64,000 bases of DNA from positions 5,564,914 through 5,628,913 of the forward strand of contig OZ245328.1 in the NCBI GenBank assembly GCA_965225775.1, in the 5' to 3' direction. Under the pieces are notes generated by a model that was given only the letters and a program-made list of their open reading frames with translations, was not told the origin of the DNA and made no database searches. A program made the position numbers and the translations under genes. This DNA is from Polyangiaceae bacterium (lineage in GTDB: Bacteria; Myxococcota_A; Polyangia; Polyangiales; Polyangiaceae). Below, piece after piece: positions 17,938-27,307 of the stretch (the stretch's first letter is position 1; each line of letters opens with the position of its first letter).

Positions 17938-19233
17938 TCAGTAGCTGTCGCTCGCACCGCCGCCTCCAGACGAGCCTCCGCCACCGGCGTAGCCTCCGTC
18001 CGAGCTACCCGACGATCCGCCACCGAACGAGCTCCCGCTTCCGCTGGAGGAACCGCCGCTCGACGACCCGCCACTCGATCCGCCTCCGCCTCCGCCTCCG
18101 CCTCCCACATCCCAACCTCGCTTGGCCGCGAGATACCCGAAGAGCAAGAACCCGAGGACGAGCCCGAAGGGTAGCGCGAGCATGAACGTTCCGTCGGCGT
18201 AGCAACGTGCCCAGAAGCCTGGCTCCACCACCCCGGGCAGCGGTTTTGCGGCTTCCAAATCTCGGCAGAGCTGACCGAAGCCCTCCGCGAACACGAGGGG
18301 TCGAGCCGTGTCGTCGGTGGCGTCGAGGCGCTCGACGAGCTTGCGCGAGAGCGATTGGAGGAGGCTCGCGTGGTCGATGGAGAACTTGCACGCATAGGCA
18401 TAGAAGCGCCTCGCATCGCGCGTGACCACCACGATACCGGCTGCGCCCTTCACCTCCGCGCAGAACTTCGTGATGTTGGTTCCGGCCACGCGCGGCAGAT
18501 CCGCGTCGTTGTCCACCACGACAGCGGCGAACCCCGCCCGATGCTCACGTACGGCCGCTTCGAAATCGGTGCGGTAGCGGTGGATTGCGGGCTCCAGAAA
18601 AGCCGACGTAGGATCCGTGAACGGCCCCGTCGGCTCGAACGTCGGAACAGGTGCGGGAACGACTGCACTGGCGCTCGCCGCAGCCTGCGAGCTCGGCGAG
18701 ATCGTGGGCAGGGGCGTACCGGCGTCGGGAACCATTGGCCCACCGAGCAAGAGCGAGAGAATCGAGTCTACGCCGTCGGCGATGGCGCGGGCCGGTTTTC
18801 CCTCTTTCATGCGTGGCCCCACGCGCTCGGCCAAGATGCGCTTCGATTGCAGGTCGGTGATTTCGCCCCCCACGCCTTTGCCGGTCTCGATGCGCGTGCG
18901 CCGTTCTCCCGTGGCAATCACGAGCAGCACGCCGTCGTCTTTGCCTTTGCGTCCCACCTTCCAGGTATTGAACGCGCCGTAGGCCACGTCTTCGATCGAC
19001 TCGCCGCCGAGTGTGGGCAGAGTGAAGACCACCACCTCGTGCCCGTGGGCCTTGCGGTGAGCCGCCAAACGCTTCTCGAGTGTGTCGAGCTCGTCTTTCG
19101 AGAGCAGGTGCGCGCCGTCGTTCACCGCGCCTACGAGGGGCGGCGGCACGTAAGCGAACGCGCGTGGCGCGACCAGAACGAAGCCGACCAGCCACACGAG
19201 CAGGAAAAGAACGCGAACGTGGGGACGGCGCAT
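17938..19233 (-). CDS. TPM domain (YgcG/DUF477-like) membrane protein with Gly/Ser-rich C-terminal tail
   Basis: Start at 19233 (MRRPHVRVLFLLVWLVGFVLVAPRAFA signal); TPM core VNDGAHLLSKDELDTLEKRL...VVVFTLPTLGGESIEDVA; C-term GGGGGGGGSSGGSSSGG... Confidence 0.7.
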   Translation of the reverse strand: MRRPHVRVLFLLVWLVGFVLVAPRAFAYVPPPLVGAVNDGAHLLSKDELDTLEKRLAAHRKAHGHEVVVFTLPTLGGESIEDVAYGAFNTWKVGRKGKDDGVLLVIATGERRTRIETGKGVGGEITDLQSKRILAERVGPRMKEGKPARAIADGVDSILSLLLGGPMVPDAGTPLPTISPSSQAAASASAVVPAPVPTFEPTGPFTDPTSAFLEPAIHRYRTDFEAAVREHRAGFAAVVVDNDADLPRVAGTNITKFCAEVKGAAGIVVVTRDARRFYAYACKFSIDHASLLQSLSRKLVERLDATDDTARPLVFAEGFGQLCRDLEAAKPLPGVVEPGFWARCYADGTFMLALPFGLVLGFLLFGYLAAKRGWDVGGGGGGGGGSSGGSSSGGSSSGSGSSFGGGSSGSSDGGYAGGGGSSGGGGASDSY

Positions 19234-19315
19234 CGTGCTTCGGAGCGTAGAGCATCGTGAGTGAGCGCGCGCGCGGTGCTGGCGTTCCGCCTCGTGGTCT
19301 GCCAAAACCGAGAGT

Positions 19316-19843
19316 GTGAGCCTTGCCCAAACGCTGTCGTTTCTCTCGCCCGCCAAAGCTCTTCAGGGGAACAAAAACCTCGTCCGGGAGCTATGGGACT
19401 TCGTGCACGGACTGCCGGGCGGCAAGACGCTCTTCTCCCGCGCCATCGGGATGGCTGCACCCTACACGGGAACGATTCCTTTCCAGGTGACCCGTCTCAC
19501 CCGTGGCTACGGCGAGGCCGAGCTCTACGACAAGCCCTTCGTGCGAAACCACCTCTCGTGCATTCACGCCGTCGCCCTCGTGAACTTCGCCGAAGTCACC
19601 GGGAACGTGGTGCTCGCCTACGGCCTCCCCGACGACGCCCGTTTCATCGTGGCGGGCCTCTCGATCGAGTACCTGAAGAAGGCGCGCGGAACCCTCAAGG
19701 GCTCGTGCACGCTCCCCGAGATCACCTCGAGCGAGAAGCGCGAGTACGCGGTGCCCGTGGTGCTCGAAAACGCGAAAGGCGAGATCGTGGCCACCTGCAC
19801 GCTTCGCACGTTGGTTGGCCCCAAGACCCCCGAGAAGACATGA
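19316..19843 (+). CDS. DUF4442 / hotdog-fold thioesterase-like protein
   Basis: 175 aa, GTG start; hotdog-like composition; divergent from TPM gene. Confidence 0.5.
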   Translation: MSLAQTLSFLSPAKALQGNKNLVRELWDFVHGLPGGKTLFSRAIGMAAPYTGTIPFQVTRLTRGYGEAELYDKPFVRNHLSCIHAVALVNFAEVTGNVVLAYGLPDDARFIVAGLSIEYLKKARGTLKGSCTLPEITSSEKREYAVPVVLENAKGEIVATCTLRTLVGPKTPEKT

Positions 19844-19971
19844 CCGCGCACCGCTAACGCAACGCGCCAGACGTTTCGCCCCCGAAATCCAGGGCCGTCG
19901 CCTCGCGCGTCACGCATGCATGAGTGACTTTTGACTGGCATCGGCCGGCACCGGTGCTAGCCCAACGGTCC

Positions 19972-22290
19972 ATGCGCCTCGCCGGTCTAACGGTCCTCCT
20001 CGGTTCTCTCGTGCTCGCTGCCGCGTGCAGCTCGACGACCAACGACGACCCAGGGTCGACCACCCTGCCCGACGGCTCGCTGCCTCCGGTCACGGGCGAC
20101 GGCTCGACCCCCACCGGCGACGGCGGAAACACGGGCCCCATCGACCCCGGACCCGAGGTCTCGTGCGAGACGTCGTTCCGTTACGTGCCCCCGGCCGGTC
20201 GCATCGTGAAGCAGGTGGCGCTCGCGGGCGAGTGGAACCAGTTCGCCAAGCCGGGCACCGCCATGACCGGGCCCGACGCGGACGGCGCGTTCACCGCCAA
20301 GGTGCGCCTCACTCCGGGCGTCACCGCGTACAAGCTCCTGCTCGACGGCAACTACGAGATCGACCCGCAGGCCGAGCTCCGAAAATACGTGGGCGGCATC
20401 GAGAATTCGGCCGTTCGCGCGGCCGATTGCAAAGTGCCCACGCTCGAGTTGAAGGGAAAAATCGCGGTCACGCGGCCCGCCGCGAAGAAGGGTACCTTCA
20501 CCGCCGAGGCCATCTACACCCGCGGCGCAGGCGGCCAGGGCCTCGACCCGACCCAGATCACCGCCGAGCTCCGCAAAGGACGCGCAGTCACCAAGCTCAC
20601 GCCCACGGTCGACGAGCGCACCCGCACCCTGAAGGTCGCCCTCGACAACCTCGAGGACGGAAAATACACGGTCACCTTCCGCGCCAAGGACAAGTCCGGC
20701 AGCACGACCGAGCCGCTTCCCCTGATTTTCTGGGTCGAGCAAGGCACCTTCGAGTGGAAGGACGCGCTCATCTACATGGCCATGGTCGACCGCTTCGAGA
20801 ACGGCGACCGCACCAACGACCCCGCCCCCAAGGCCGGCGTCGACCCCCGCGCGGATTTCAAGGGCGGTGATTTGCAGGGTCTCAAGGCCCGCATCGACGA
20901 CGGCACCTTCGACGAGCTCGGCGTGCGCGCGCTTTGGCTCTCGCCCTTCCACACCAATCCGGGAGGCTCGTACCCGGCCGACGGCGGCGTCGCCAACGTG
21001 ATGGGGTACCACGGCTATTGGCCCACCAAAGCACGCGAGGTGGACGCGCGAATCGGCGGAAAAGCCGCTCTGGAAGCGCTGGTCGAGTCCGCGCACGCGC
21101 ACGGCATCCGAGTGCTCCAAGACTTCGTGGTGAACCACATCCACAAAGAGCACGAGTACTTCACCAGCCACCCGGATTGGTTCCGCACGGGCTGCGTGTG
21201 CGGAACCAATGCTTGCGATTGGACCGAGCACCGCCTCGATTGCCTCTTCGCGGACTACCTCCCGGACGTGAACTGGCAAGTGCCCGCGGCGGCCGAGGGC
21301 TTCACGGACGACGCCGTGTGGTGGCTCGACACGTTCGACCTCGACGGACTGCGCGTGGACGCGGTCAAACACGTCGAAGACGCGTCGGTGCTCGCCCTCC
21401 GCGAGAAGGTGCACCACAAGCTCGAACAATCCGGCCGCCGCGTGTTCTTGACCGGCGAGACGGCCATGGGCTGGAACGATTGCGGCCTGGCCTGCAACCA
21501 GAGCGAATACGGCACCATCAATCGGTACATGGGTCCGCTCGGCCTCGATGGTCAGTTCGACTTCGTGCTCTACCACGCCGTTCCGTACCGAACGTTCGCC
21601 TACGGCGACAAGGGCCTCATCCACGCCGACTACTGGTCGAAGGCCAGCATCGAGCAATACCCGGCCGACTCGGTCATGACGCCGTACATCGGCAGCCACG
21701 ACACCTCGCGCTTCGTCACCTTGGCGAGCTACCGCGGGCAGAACGCGAGCTTCGACCGCAACACGCCCGGCAACAAGTGGTCGAACCAAGCCGGCCCGCC
21801 CGGGGACGCCGAGCCCTTCGCCCGTCACCGCCTCGCCATGGCATGGCTGCTCACGCAACCGGGTGCGCCGCTGCTCTACTACGGGGACGAGTACGGCGAT
21901 TTCGGCGGCGCGGATCCGAACAACCGCACCATGTGGCGCGGCAAGGGCACGCTCTCCGAAGAGGAGCAGAAGACCCTCGCCCTCACCAAGGCGCTCGGAA
22001 AAGCCCGCAGCGAGCTCGCGGCGCTGCGGCGCGGCGACTACCGCACGGTGCTCGCCGAAGAAGACGGCCTCGTGTACGCGCGCACGCTGCCCTCGGGCGA
22101 AGCCGTGCTCGTGGCGCTCACCTCCAATCCCTCGGGTCGTACGATCAGCGTGAACCTGCCCGTCACCGTGCAGCTCACGAGCGGTCAGAAGCTCAAAGAC
22201 CGCCTGAACCCCGGCGTGGAGACCACCGTGAACGGCCGCTCGGTCACCATCACGCTCCCGAGCCGCGGCGCCGCGATCTTCGCGCCCTGA
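19972..22290 (+). CDS. secreted alpha-amylase family glycoside hydrolase (GH13) with N-terminal beta-rich/CBM-like region
   Basis: ATG 19972, lipoprotein-type signal MRLAGLTVLLGSLVLAAAC; GH13 regions GYHGYWP, VVNHIH, GLRVDAVKHV. Confidence 0.85.
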   Translation: MRLAGLTVLLGSLVLAAACSSTTNDDPGSTTLPDGSLPPVTGDGSTPTGDGGNTGPIDPGPEVSCETSFRYVPPAGRIVKQVALAGEWNQFAKPGTAMTGPDADGAFTAKVRLTPGVTAYKLLLDGNYEIDPQAELRKYVGGIENSAVRAADCKVPTLELKGKIAVTRPAAKKGTFTAEAIYTRGAGGQGLDPTQITAELRKGRAVTKLTPTVDERTRTLKVALDNLEDGKYTVTFRAKDKSGSTTEPLPLIFWVEQGTFEWKDALIYMAMVDRFENGDRTNDPAPKAGVDPRADFKGGDLQGLKARIDDGTFDELGVRALWLSPFHTNPGGSYPADGGVANVMGYHGYWPTKAREVDARIGGKAALEALVESAHAHGIRVLQDFVVNHIHKEHEYFTSHPDWFRTGCVCGTNACDWTEHRLDCLFADYLPDVNWQVPAAAEGFTDDAVWWLDTFDLDGLRVDAVKHVEDASVLALREKVHHKLEQSGRRVFLTGETAMGWNDCGLACNQSEYGTINRYMGPLGLDGQFDFVLYHAVPYRTFAYGDKGLIHADYWSKASIEQYPADSVMTPYIGSHDTSRFVTLASYRGQNASFDRNTPGNKWSNQAGPPGDAEPFARHRLAMAWLLTQPGAPLLYYGDEYGDFGGADPNNRTMWRGKGTLSEEEQKTLALTKALGKARSELAALRRGDYRTVLAEEDGLVYARTLPSGEAVLVALTSNPSGRTISVNLPVTVQLTSGQKLKDRLNPGVETTVNGRSVTITLPSRGAAIFAP

Positions 22291-22379
22291 GAGGCTCGCG
22301 AGACGCCCGACCGAAAACGGCGCTACCTTGACCTTGCACGGCTCGGCACCCGCGGTCACCCGACCTCGGACCGAGCCAC

Positions 22380-23099
22380 GTGAAGAGACGGGAGCCCCAC
22401 GTGATCGAAATCGTCCTCTCCGGCCCCGGGCGAAACGCCCTGGGCATGCGCACCATGCAGGCCTGTCTCGACGCGCTCGAGGCCGCAAAAGGCGCGCCGG
22501 TCCTGCTCACCGGAGACGGCCCGGCGTTCTCGGCCGGGCTCGATCTGAAAGAGGTCTCCGCGTTCACCACCGAGAGCGCCAAAGGTTTTCTCGCGCTGCT
22601 CGACCGGCTCGTGGATGCGCTCTACAAGTATCCCGGTCCCACCGCGGCGCTGGTGAACGGGCACGCCATCGCGGGCGGTGCGGTGCTGGCCTTGTGCTGC
22701 GACTACCGTGTGGCGGTCGACGACTCGGGTGTACGCATCGGCCTGAACGAGGTGGCCCTCGGGCTGCGCTTCCCGCCCGCCATCCTGGAGCTCGTGCGAA
22801 GGCGCGTGCCCGAGCGGCACCTCGAGACCGTGGTGCTCGGAGCCGGCCTTTTTTCCCCGCGTGAAGCGCTACGTCTCGGCTTGATCGACGCGGTGGAAGA
22901 AGCACCTCGCCCGAGGGCCGAGGCGGTCTTGTCCGTGCTCTCGAACCACCCGAGAGACGCCTACGCCGACACCAAGGCCGCCCTGCGTCCGAAGCTCGAA
23001 GGACGTCCGCGGGAGGTCGCCGCGTTCGAGGAGCGCGGCCTCGCGAGCTGGTCTTCGCCGGAGCTCAAGGCGCGTATCGCCTCCATCCTCAAGAAGTGA
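22380..23099 (+). CDS. enoyl-CoA hydratase/isomerase (crotonase) family protein
   Basis: 239 aa; crotonase fold motifs LTGDGPAFSAGLDLKEV, NGHAIAGGAVLALCCD. Confidence 0.75.
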   Translation: MKRREPHVIEIVLSGPGRNALGMRTMQACLDALEAAKGAPVLLTGDGPAFSAGLDLKEVSAFTTESAKGFLALLDRLVDALYKYPGPTAALVNGHAIAGGAVLALCCDYRVAVDDSGVRIGLNEVALGLRFPPAILELVRRRVPERHLETVVLGAGLFSPREALRLGLIDAVEEAPRPRAEAVLSVLSNHPRDAYADTKAALRPKLEGRPREVAAFEERGLASWSSPELKARIASILKK

Positions 23100-24039
23100 C
23101 GGTGAGCTCGGCCTCGGTCGGTGGAGGCGAGAGGCGGGCGCCGCTGCGGTCGAGCTTACGGGTGGCCAGCACCGTGTAGAGCGCACGGATTCGTCCGCTC
23201 TCGTCCACCTCGCACGCCATGGCGTACGCCGGAGCGATTCGCCTCTCGCCCGGGTCTTGCTCCGCCACGAAGAACGGCAGACCCGAGAGATCGCGCAGCT
23301 CGAAGCGCGAAGGCATGACGCCCTTCTTGCGCAGGCCGAGCAGCACGCGCACGACGCGCTCGCGCCCGGTCACGGTGATGCCCGCCGCTACGAACTCGCC
23401 TCCCGCGTCGGCGAGCGAGACCGCGTCTTCCGCGAAGAGCGCGCCCAACGCCTCGGGGTCTTCGTCGCGCAGCGCGGCGAGTAAACGCACGAGCGCGTCG
23501 CGGCTGCGCTCGCACGCCTCGGGACGACGCCCACGCTCGTAGCCCTCGAGCTTTTTGCGTGCACGATGCAAGCGCACCTTCACGCTTCCCGCGTTCGAGC
23601 CGAGCATTCGCGCGACCTCTTCCGTGTCGTGCTCGAGCACGTCTCGCAGGAGGAGCACGGCGCGCTCGTTGGGCGTGAGCGCCTCGAGCGCCAACATGAA
23701 CGCGTACGAGACGCTCTCCAGGCGGGAGTAACGGGCCTCCGCGCCGTCTTCTTCGAGTGAGGGAGGCTCCTCCTCGAGCGACTTCGGATCCATGGGAGAG
23801 GGCAGCCACGGGCCTCGGTAGCGCTCGACTTTGCGCCTACGAAGGCTGTCCCTCGCCACGTTCAAGGTCACCGTGACGAGCCACGGCTCGGGGTCCGCGA
23901 GCGCGTCTTTCGGAGGATTCCGTAGGGCGCGCGCGCACGCTTCTTGGACGACGTCGTCGGCGTCGCACGCGGAGCCGGTCATGCGGTACGCGAGCCCGTA
24001 GAGCTTTTTTCGGCTGCGAACGAGGACGTCGGCGAGCAT
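23089..24039 (-). CDS. ECF-type RNA polymerase sigma factor with SnoaL-like C-terminal extension (ECF41/SigJ-like)
   Basis: ATG at 24039; sigma-70 region 2 (LYGLAYRMTGSACDADDVVQEACARAL) and region 4 (NERAVLLLRDVLEHDTEEVARMLG...VKVRLHRARKKL); about 120-aa C-terminal extension. Confidence 0.8.
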   Translation of the reverse strand: MLADVLVRSRKKLYGLAYRMTGSACDADDVVQEACARALRNPPKDALADPEPWLVTVTLNVARDSLRRRKVERYRGPWLPSPMDPKSLEEEPPSLEEDGAEARYSRLESVSYAFMLALEALTPNERAVLLLRDVLEHDTEEVARMLGSNAGSVKVRLHRARKKLEGYERGRRPEACERSRDALVRLLAALRDEDPEALGALFAEDAVSLADAGGEFVAAGITVTGRERVVRVLLGLRKKGVMPSRFELRDLSGLPFFVAEQDPGERRIAPAYAMACEVDESGRIRALYTVLATRKLDRSGARLSPPPTEAELTVTS

Positions 24040-25328
24040 CACGAGACTCCGGTCGAGAGCTCCTTCGAGCGTCGCACGGGCCGCGAAGAACCGCGAGTCA
24101 CGACGCGCTCGGCGGCGTCTTCCGCGCTCGCCAAGACCCCGTCGAGCAGCATGCCTCGTGCCCCCACCCAGTCGCCCACGAGCTCCAGGCCTCGGGTATC
24201 CGGCGAGACGATGCGCCCGGCGAGTCCACCGCTCGTGGCGTCGGGCCGCGCGTGCATCACGACCATCTTGGGCAAAAAGCGCGAGTGTGTGACGCGCGCC
24301 TCCGGGTGCAAACGCGTGACGAGCGACGAAAGCTCGGCCTCTTCGCACGTATCGCCGGGCGCGAGGTACTTCATGGCGTGCACCACCGAGACGCCCTCGG
24401 GCGCGAGCTTCGCGGCCGACGAGTGCATCGAGACGTAGACCGGCTCGTCCACGCCGAAGAGCACGGTGGCATCGCGCACGACCCCCTCGAGCCGCAGGTC
24501 GAGACAAGCTGCATGCACCTTACACGCGTTCGCCGCGACCCGTGAAATGGCCGCGTCCTCCGGGACGAGCTTGGCCGCGGCTTTCGGGTCCACCGCCAAG
24601 ATCACCGCGTCGAAGCGAGCTTCGCGCTCGTCCACAACGAGCCCGGTCGCACGCGGTCCCTCGGGTCCTTCGTCCACGATCACGCGCGTCGCGCGCGCCT
24701 CCCGAACGAGCGAGCCTCCCGCCCGCTCGAGCTCTCGCGTCGCCTGGTCCACGAGCGTCTGCCAGCCTCCGTCGAGGTAGAGCACCCCCGGCCCCGTGGC
24801 GAGCGCGAGCTGGGACAGCGCGTCCGCGGCGCGCAGGCTCTCCACCGGATGCGTGTAGGTTGCAAGCCGCACGAACAGCGCCAAGAGCGCGCGTACGTCG
24901 GGAGAGCGCACCGTTCGCACCAGGAAATTTTCGAACGATTCGTCGCCGTCGGCGCGGAGCTTGCTGAGCCCGGCGAGCAGCCCCAAAGCTTCCCATTTGC
25001 TCTTCGCGTCGAAGAGATCGGTCACGAGGAGCGAGAACGCGGAGGTCGGGAGGGTGTGCAGCGACGAGCGCGCGAGCGCGTAGCCGCGGGTCTTCGGTGG
25101 CGCGCCGCGAAGCGTGAAATCGCACGCGCGAAGCACGCGCTCGGCGTGGCCTCCACGATAGAGGGCACGTGGGCCGAGGTTCCATTTCGCGCCTTCCTGC
25201 GTGTCCGTGCGCGCGCGCCCGCCGAACGAATCCGTGCGCTCGAACACGGTGACCCGTACGCCGCGGCGGGCGAGCAAGAGTGCCGTGACGAGCCCACCGA
25301 GTCCTCCGCCGACGATACCGACCTTCAT
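24039..25328 (-). CDS. FAD/NAD(P)-binding oxidoreductase (amine oxidase / phytoene desaturase-like)
   Basis: ATG 25328; dinucleotide-binding motif MKVGIVGGGLGGLVTALLLARRGVRVTVFER; stop overlaps sigma-factor start by 1 nt. Confidence 0.7.
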   Translation of the reverse strand: MKVGIVGGGLGGLVTALLLARRGVRVTVFERTDSFGGRARTDTQEGAKWNLGPRALYRGGHAERVLRACDFTLRGAPPKTRGYALARSSLHTLPTSAFSLLVTDLFDAKSKWEALGLLAGLSKLRADGDESFENFLVRTVRSPDVRALLALFVRLATYTHPVESLRAADALSQLALATGPGVLYLDGGWQTLVDQATRELERAGGSLVREARATRVIVDEGPEGPRATGLVVDEREARFDAVILAVDPKAAAKLVPEDAAISRVAANACKVHAACLDLRLEGVVRDATVLFGVDEPVYVSMHSSAAKLAPEGVSVVHAMKYLAPGDTCEEAELSSLVTRLHPEARVTHSRFLPKMVVMHARPDATSGGLAGRIVSPDTRGLELVGDWVGARGMLLDGVLASAEDAAERVVTRGSSRPVRRSKELSTGVS

Positions 25329-25470
25329 GAGAGCCTCCGCGCGCACGCGACCTCGGAGGCTCGAACCGTGCGCCGTGCGCGTTCCGAGCCTCTTCCGGGG
25401 CGTGCCTTCACGAGGAGCACGAACGAGCGGTGCGAAAGGTTACCGACGACCGGACGAATTCTTCGCGCGG

Positions 25471-26132
25471 CTATTTTTTCGGCGAAGCGTCGCGACGACG
25501 ACGCACGAACGCGACGACCCCGAGCGCGACGCCGAGCCCGGCGAGCCCCGAGCCCGAGGCGCCCGGTCCCGTCTCACCGGAAGCGGCGGAGCAGCCTTTG
25601 GCGCTCGCGGCCGGAGACGCCACGGCCCCCTTGGGCTCGGGTGCCGCCCCTTGCGACGAAGGCGACAGCGTGCACTCTGCATCTTTCACGGCGAGCACGT
25701 AGGTCTCGCGGATCTCGCTCCGCGTATCGCTCGCCGGGAGGGTGAACTTGAGCGACGGCGAGCCCGTGCACTTGCGCGCACCTTTGGCGAACGCTTCGAG
25801 GTCCGCATCTCGTCCCCCTTCGGGAGACGCCGTACGCTTCGACGCGAAGGCAGCGAGCTTGTCCTTCCCGATCCTGTAGATGTCGCACGTGCCGCCGCGC
25901 CGCCCGACGGCGACGGGCTTGCCCTCTTCGAGCACGCGGTAGTCGAGCACCGGCGCTCCGGAGGACGAGCTGCACGGATACGCGAAGAACGCGTCGTCTT
26001 TGGCGGCCGTCGTGCCGGTGACCACGAATTCGTAGCCCACGAAGCGCGTGCCGTCCGGAGGGGGAAGATCGGCGCGCGCGCTGCGACTCGAGAGCAGCGC
26101 GGCGAACGCGGCGAGCGAGACGAGCCGCGACA
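25471..26132 (-). CDS. secreted protein with MYXO-CTERM sorting domain
   Basis: C-terminus ...GCSAASGETGPGASGSGLAGLGVALGVVAFVRRRRDASPKK (Gly/Cys motif + TM helix + basic tail); N-terminal signal; exact start uncertain (GTG about 26132). Confidence 0.5.
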
Positions 26133-26220
26133 CCGCGATTCGAGAGGAAGGGCGGTCTTTCACGTGTCCCAGCGTACACGAGCCGAGCGCGGCCCACGGA
26201 TTTCGGATAACTTCGTGCGC

Positions 26221-26514
26221 ATGTCGATGAAACGATCCAAATCGCGTGGCACCGGCGCACGCGACTCGGGAGACTCGGACAACGGATTTTTCTCGAAGCC
26301 GAAGGAACCCGAGAAAACCTGGGCGGAGCACGTCGAAGGGAAAGCCGATTCGGACTTCGCGCCCTACGCGATGGACCGCACCTACGCGCTCGGCGCGCTG
26401 GTCCTCCACTCGAAGTTCGGCAAGGGCATCGTGGTCGAGGTCGAGGGCCTGAAGGTCAACGTGCTCTTCGAGGACGCGAAGCGAAAGCTCGGGCACTCGC
26501 AGGTCGTCTCATGA
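26221..26514 (+). CDS. small hypothetical protein (DUF3553-like)
   Basis: 97 aa, ATG 26221; C-terminal HSKFGKGIVVEVEGLKVNVLFED; stop overlaps next gene start (ATGA). Confidence 0.4.
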   Translation: MSMKRSKSRGTGARDSGDSDNGFFSKPKEPEKTWAEHVEGKADSDFAPYAMDRTYALGALVLHSKFGKGIVVEVEGLKVNVLFEDAKRKLGHSQVVS

Positions 26515-26846
26515 TTCGTGGTGGCCTCGTCGAAGTTCCCGTTGCGAGCGTCGGCGCCGCGCTGCGGTTCTACGTGGAGACCTTGGGCATCAAGCTGGTC
26601 GACGATCGCGGCGCAGGCTGCGCGGTCCTCGATGCCGGGGCGGGCTTCCGCTTCGCGCTGATCGAGCGCCCCACGAGCACCCCTCGCGTGACCCTCGGGC
26701 TCGAGGTCGAGTCCATGGAGCGAGCCGTTTCGCTCCTCGAGAACCGGGGCATCGTGTTCCGCAGTCAATCGCTCGCGTCGCACGCCAGTAGCGCCTTCAC
26801 CGACCCGGACGGCAATACGCTCGCGCTCTTCGTCGCCGGGGTCTGA
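26511..26846 (+). CDS. VOC family (glyoxalase/bleomycin resistance/dioxygenase fold) protein
   Basis: 111 aa; MIRGGLVEVPVASVGAALRFYVETLGIKLVDD typical VOC beta-alpha-beta start. Confidence 0.65.
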   Translation: MIRGGLVEVPVASVGAALRFYVETLGIKLVDDRGAGCAVLDAGAGFRFALIERPTSTPRVTLGLEVESMERAVSLLENRGIVFRSQSLASHASSAFTDPDGNTLALFVAGV

Positions 26847-26864
26847 CAGGCCTGCCGCGAGCCG

Positions 26865-26892
26865 CAATCGTGCAAGATGCACGCGATTTTTT
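26865..26892 (+). terminator. intrinsic terminator downstream of VOC gene
   Basis: Imperfect hairpin cgcaatcgtgca-aga-tgcacgcgat followed by TTTTTT. Confidence 0.5.
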
Positions 26893-27016
26893 GCCCGAGT
26901 TTCGGCCAAAATCGCCGATTGCGCGAATACGAGCGAAAAGTTCCCCGTCCACCGACGCGACTACGTTACGGTTTTGGCTCTGGCGCTATCGCCACACTTC
27001 GCGAAAAGGGGAAACC

Positions 27017-27298
27017 ATGCAAGCTGTTGCCGGACTTCTGAGCCTCGTTAGCCTCGCGTGCTGGGTGCTCACGATCATTCGTGCGTTCAAGACCGATGGC
27101 ACCATGTGGGGCGTGCTTAGCATCTGTGGAATCGTCGGCTTCTTCTGGGGTTGGAAGAATGCCGGAAAGCTCGACGCCGAGGCCGAGGCCAAGGGCGAGA
27201 AGCTCGTGCCCCCGGCCAAGATCACGATGATCGTCTGGACCGTGGCGATCGTTCTCGCTTCGGTCGTCGGTAAGCTCGCGGCCCCCGACGCTGGCTGA
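27017..27298 (+). CDS. small hypothetical membrane protein (2 TM helices)
   Basis: 93 aa, ATG 27017 after ggggaaacc; MQAVAGLLSLVSLACWVLTII...GIVGFFWGW. Confidence 0.45.
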   Translation: MQAVAGLLSLVSLACWVLTIIRAFKTDGTMWGVLSICGIVGFFWGWKNAGKLDAEAEAKGEKLVPPAKITMIVWTVAIVLASVVGKLAAPDAG

Positions 27299-27307
27299 TT
27301 CGGAAGA

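Noticed and set aside
19233-19356. Upstream extension of TPM gene to 19356 overlapping the DUF4442 gene
   Set aside because: The extension lacks signal-peptide logic. The internal ATG at 19233 yields a classic signal peptide and removes the overlap.
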